A stretch of DNA of 64,000 nt from NCBI GenBank assembly GCA_030390025.1, contig CM059432.1, forward strand, positions 3,224,001-3,288,000. The letters run 5' to 3'. The DNA comes from Squalus acanthias. Taxonomy: Eukaryota. The translations under genes and the position numbers were made by a program. Positions 63,446 through 64,000 of the stretch are shown piece by piece (within the stretch, counting starts at the first letter, position 1; every line of letters starts with the position of its first letter). The notes beneath the pieces were generated by a model. It was given only the letters and a program-made list of their open reading frames with translations. It was not told where the DNA came from and made no database searches.

Positions 63446-64000
63446 GTAAATGAGGACAAGAGAAATCATGTACTTCTCTGCGCAACTTTCCGGACTGGGA
63501 AAGACACTGCAGTCTATCTGCCTCAAGTCTCAAGAGCGTGTACAGATTATATAAATACAACCTGGGGAATGACATCTACCATCTGATCTAACAATTGAGA
63601 TCTAAGCCAGTAAAGGGATACAGACTAAGACTTTGTTATTGATCTCAACCATTATTCCTGCAATTCAGTAAGCTTACGTAGGACATGGGAGATTAAGGGG
63701 ACAGGGGTTTAGGCTTTTAAGATTGAACATCACTTTGTTCCGAAGTGCAGGGATATTTCTGCTCAAAAAAGGGAAAGTTAAACATTTTTAACGTAAACAG
63801 TATTTCACAAGATGAAAGAGTCATCAAAAAAAGAAACAGAAGCGACTCTCGGTAACAGTTCCACCCTCTTCACTTGTGCAATAAATTCTGGGGGGGGAAT
63901 TAGCCTCGGACGGCGGCGCAAACCGGGCGGGAACGGACCAGCCAGCCGTTTATACGCAGCGCCCGATATCCAGTTCCACTGCAGTCAATGGAATTAAATA

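Overview
This is vertebrate genomic DNA, most likely from a shark or ray, as judged by HE1-like V-SINEs, SacSINE1-like DeuSINEs and abundant CR1/L2 LINEs. The only host gene is the 3' half of N-cadherin (cdh2) on the minus strand: eight coding exons equivalent to exons 9-16 (60567 down to the stop at 23980; 1566 nt, 521 aa). All junctions are GT-AG and in phase. A ~1.4 kb 3'UTR ends near an ATTAAA at 22571-22576. Exons 1-8 lie beyond the right edge of the window. Most of the rest is nested transposon debris: CR1, L2, RTE, RTEX-like and Vingi-like LINEs, Penelope elements, Harbinger and hAT derivatives, and a solo LTR. The best leads are: (1) two Penelope-type repeat families carrying minimal hammerhead ribozyme motifs, with intact copies in the cdh2 pre-mRNA sense strand; (2) the exon 14 splice acceptor, whose pyrimidine tract is a SINE tail; (3) fold-back SINE pairs with homogenised arms in intron 12; (4) a shifted stop codon that gives a C-terminal Cys; (5) a MITE inside the conserved 3'UTR. 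I found no CRISPR array, operon or new protein-coding system. Comparisons to human CDH2 and repeat family names are from memory and need checking by alignment.
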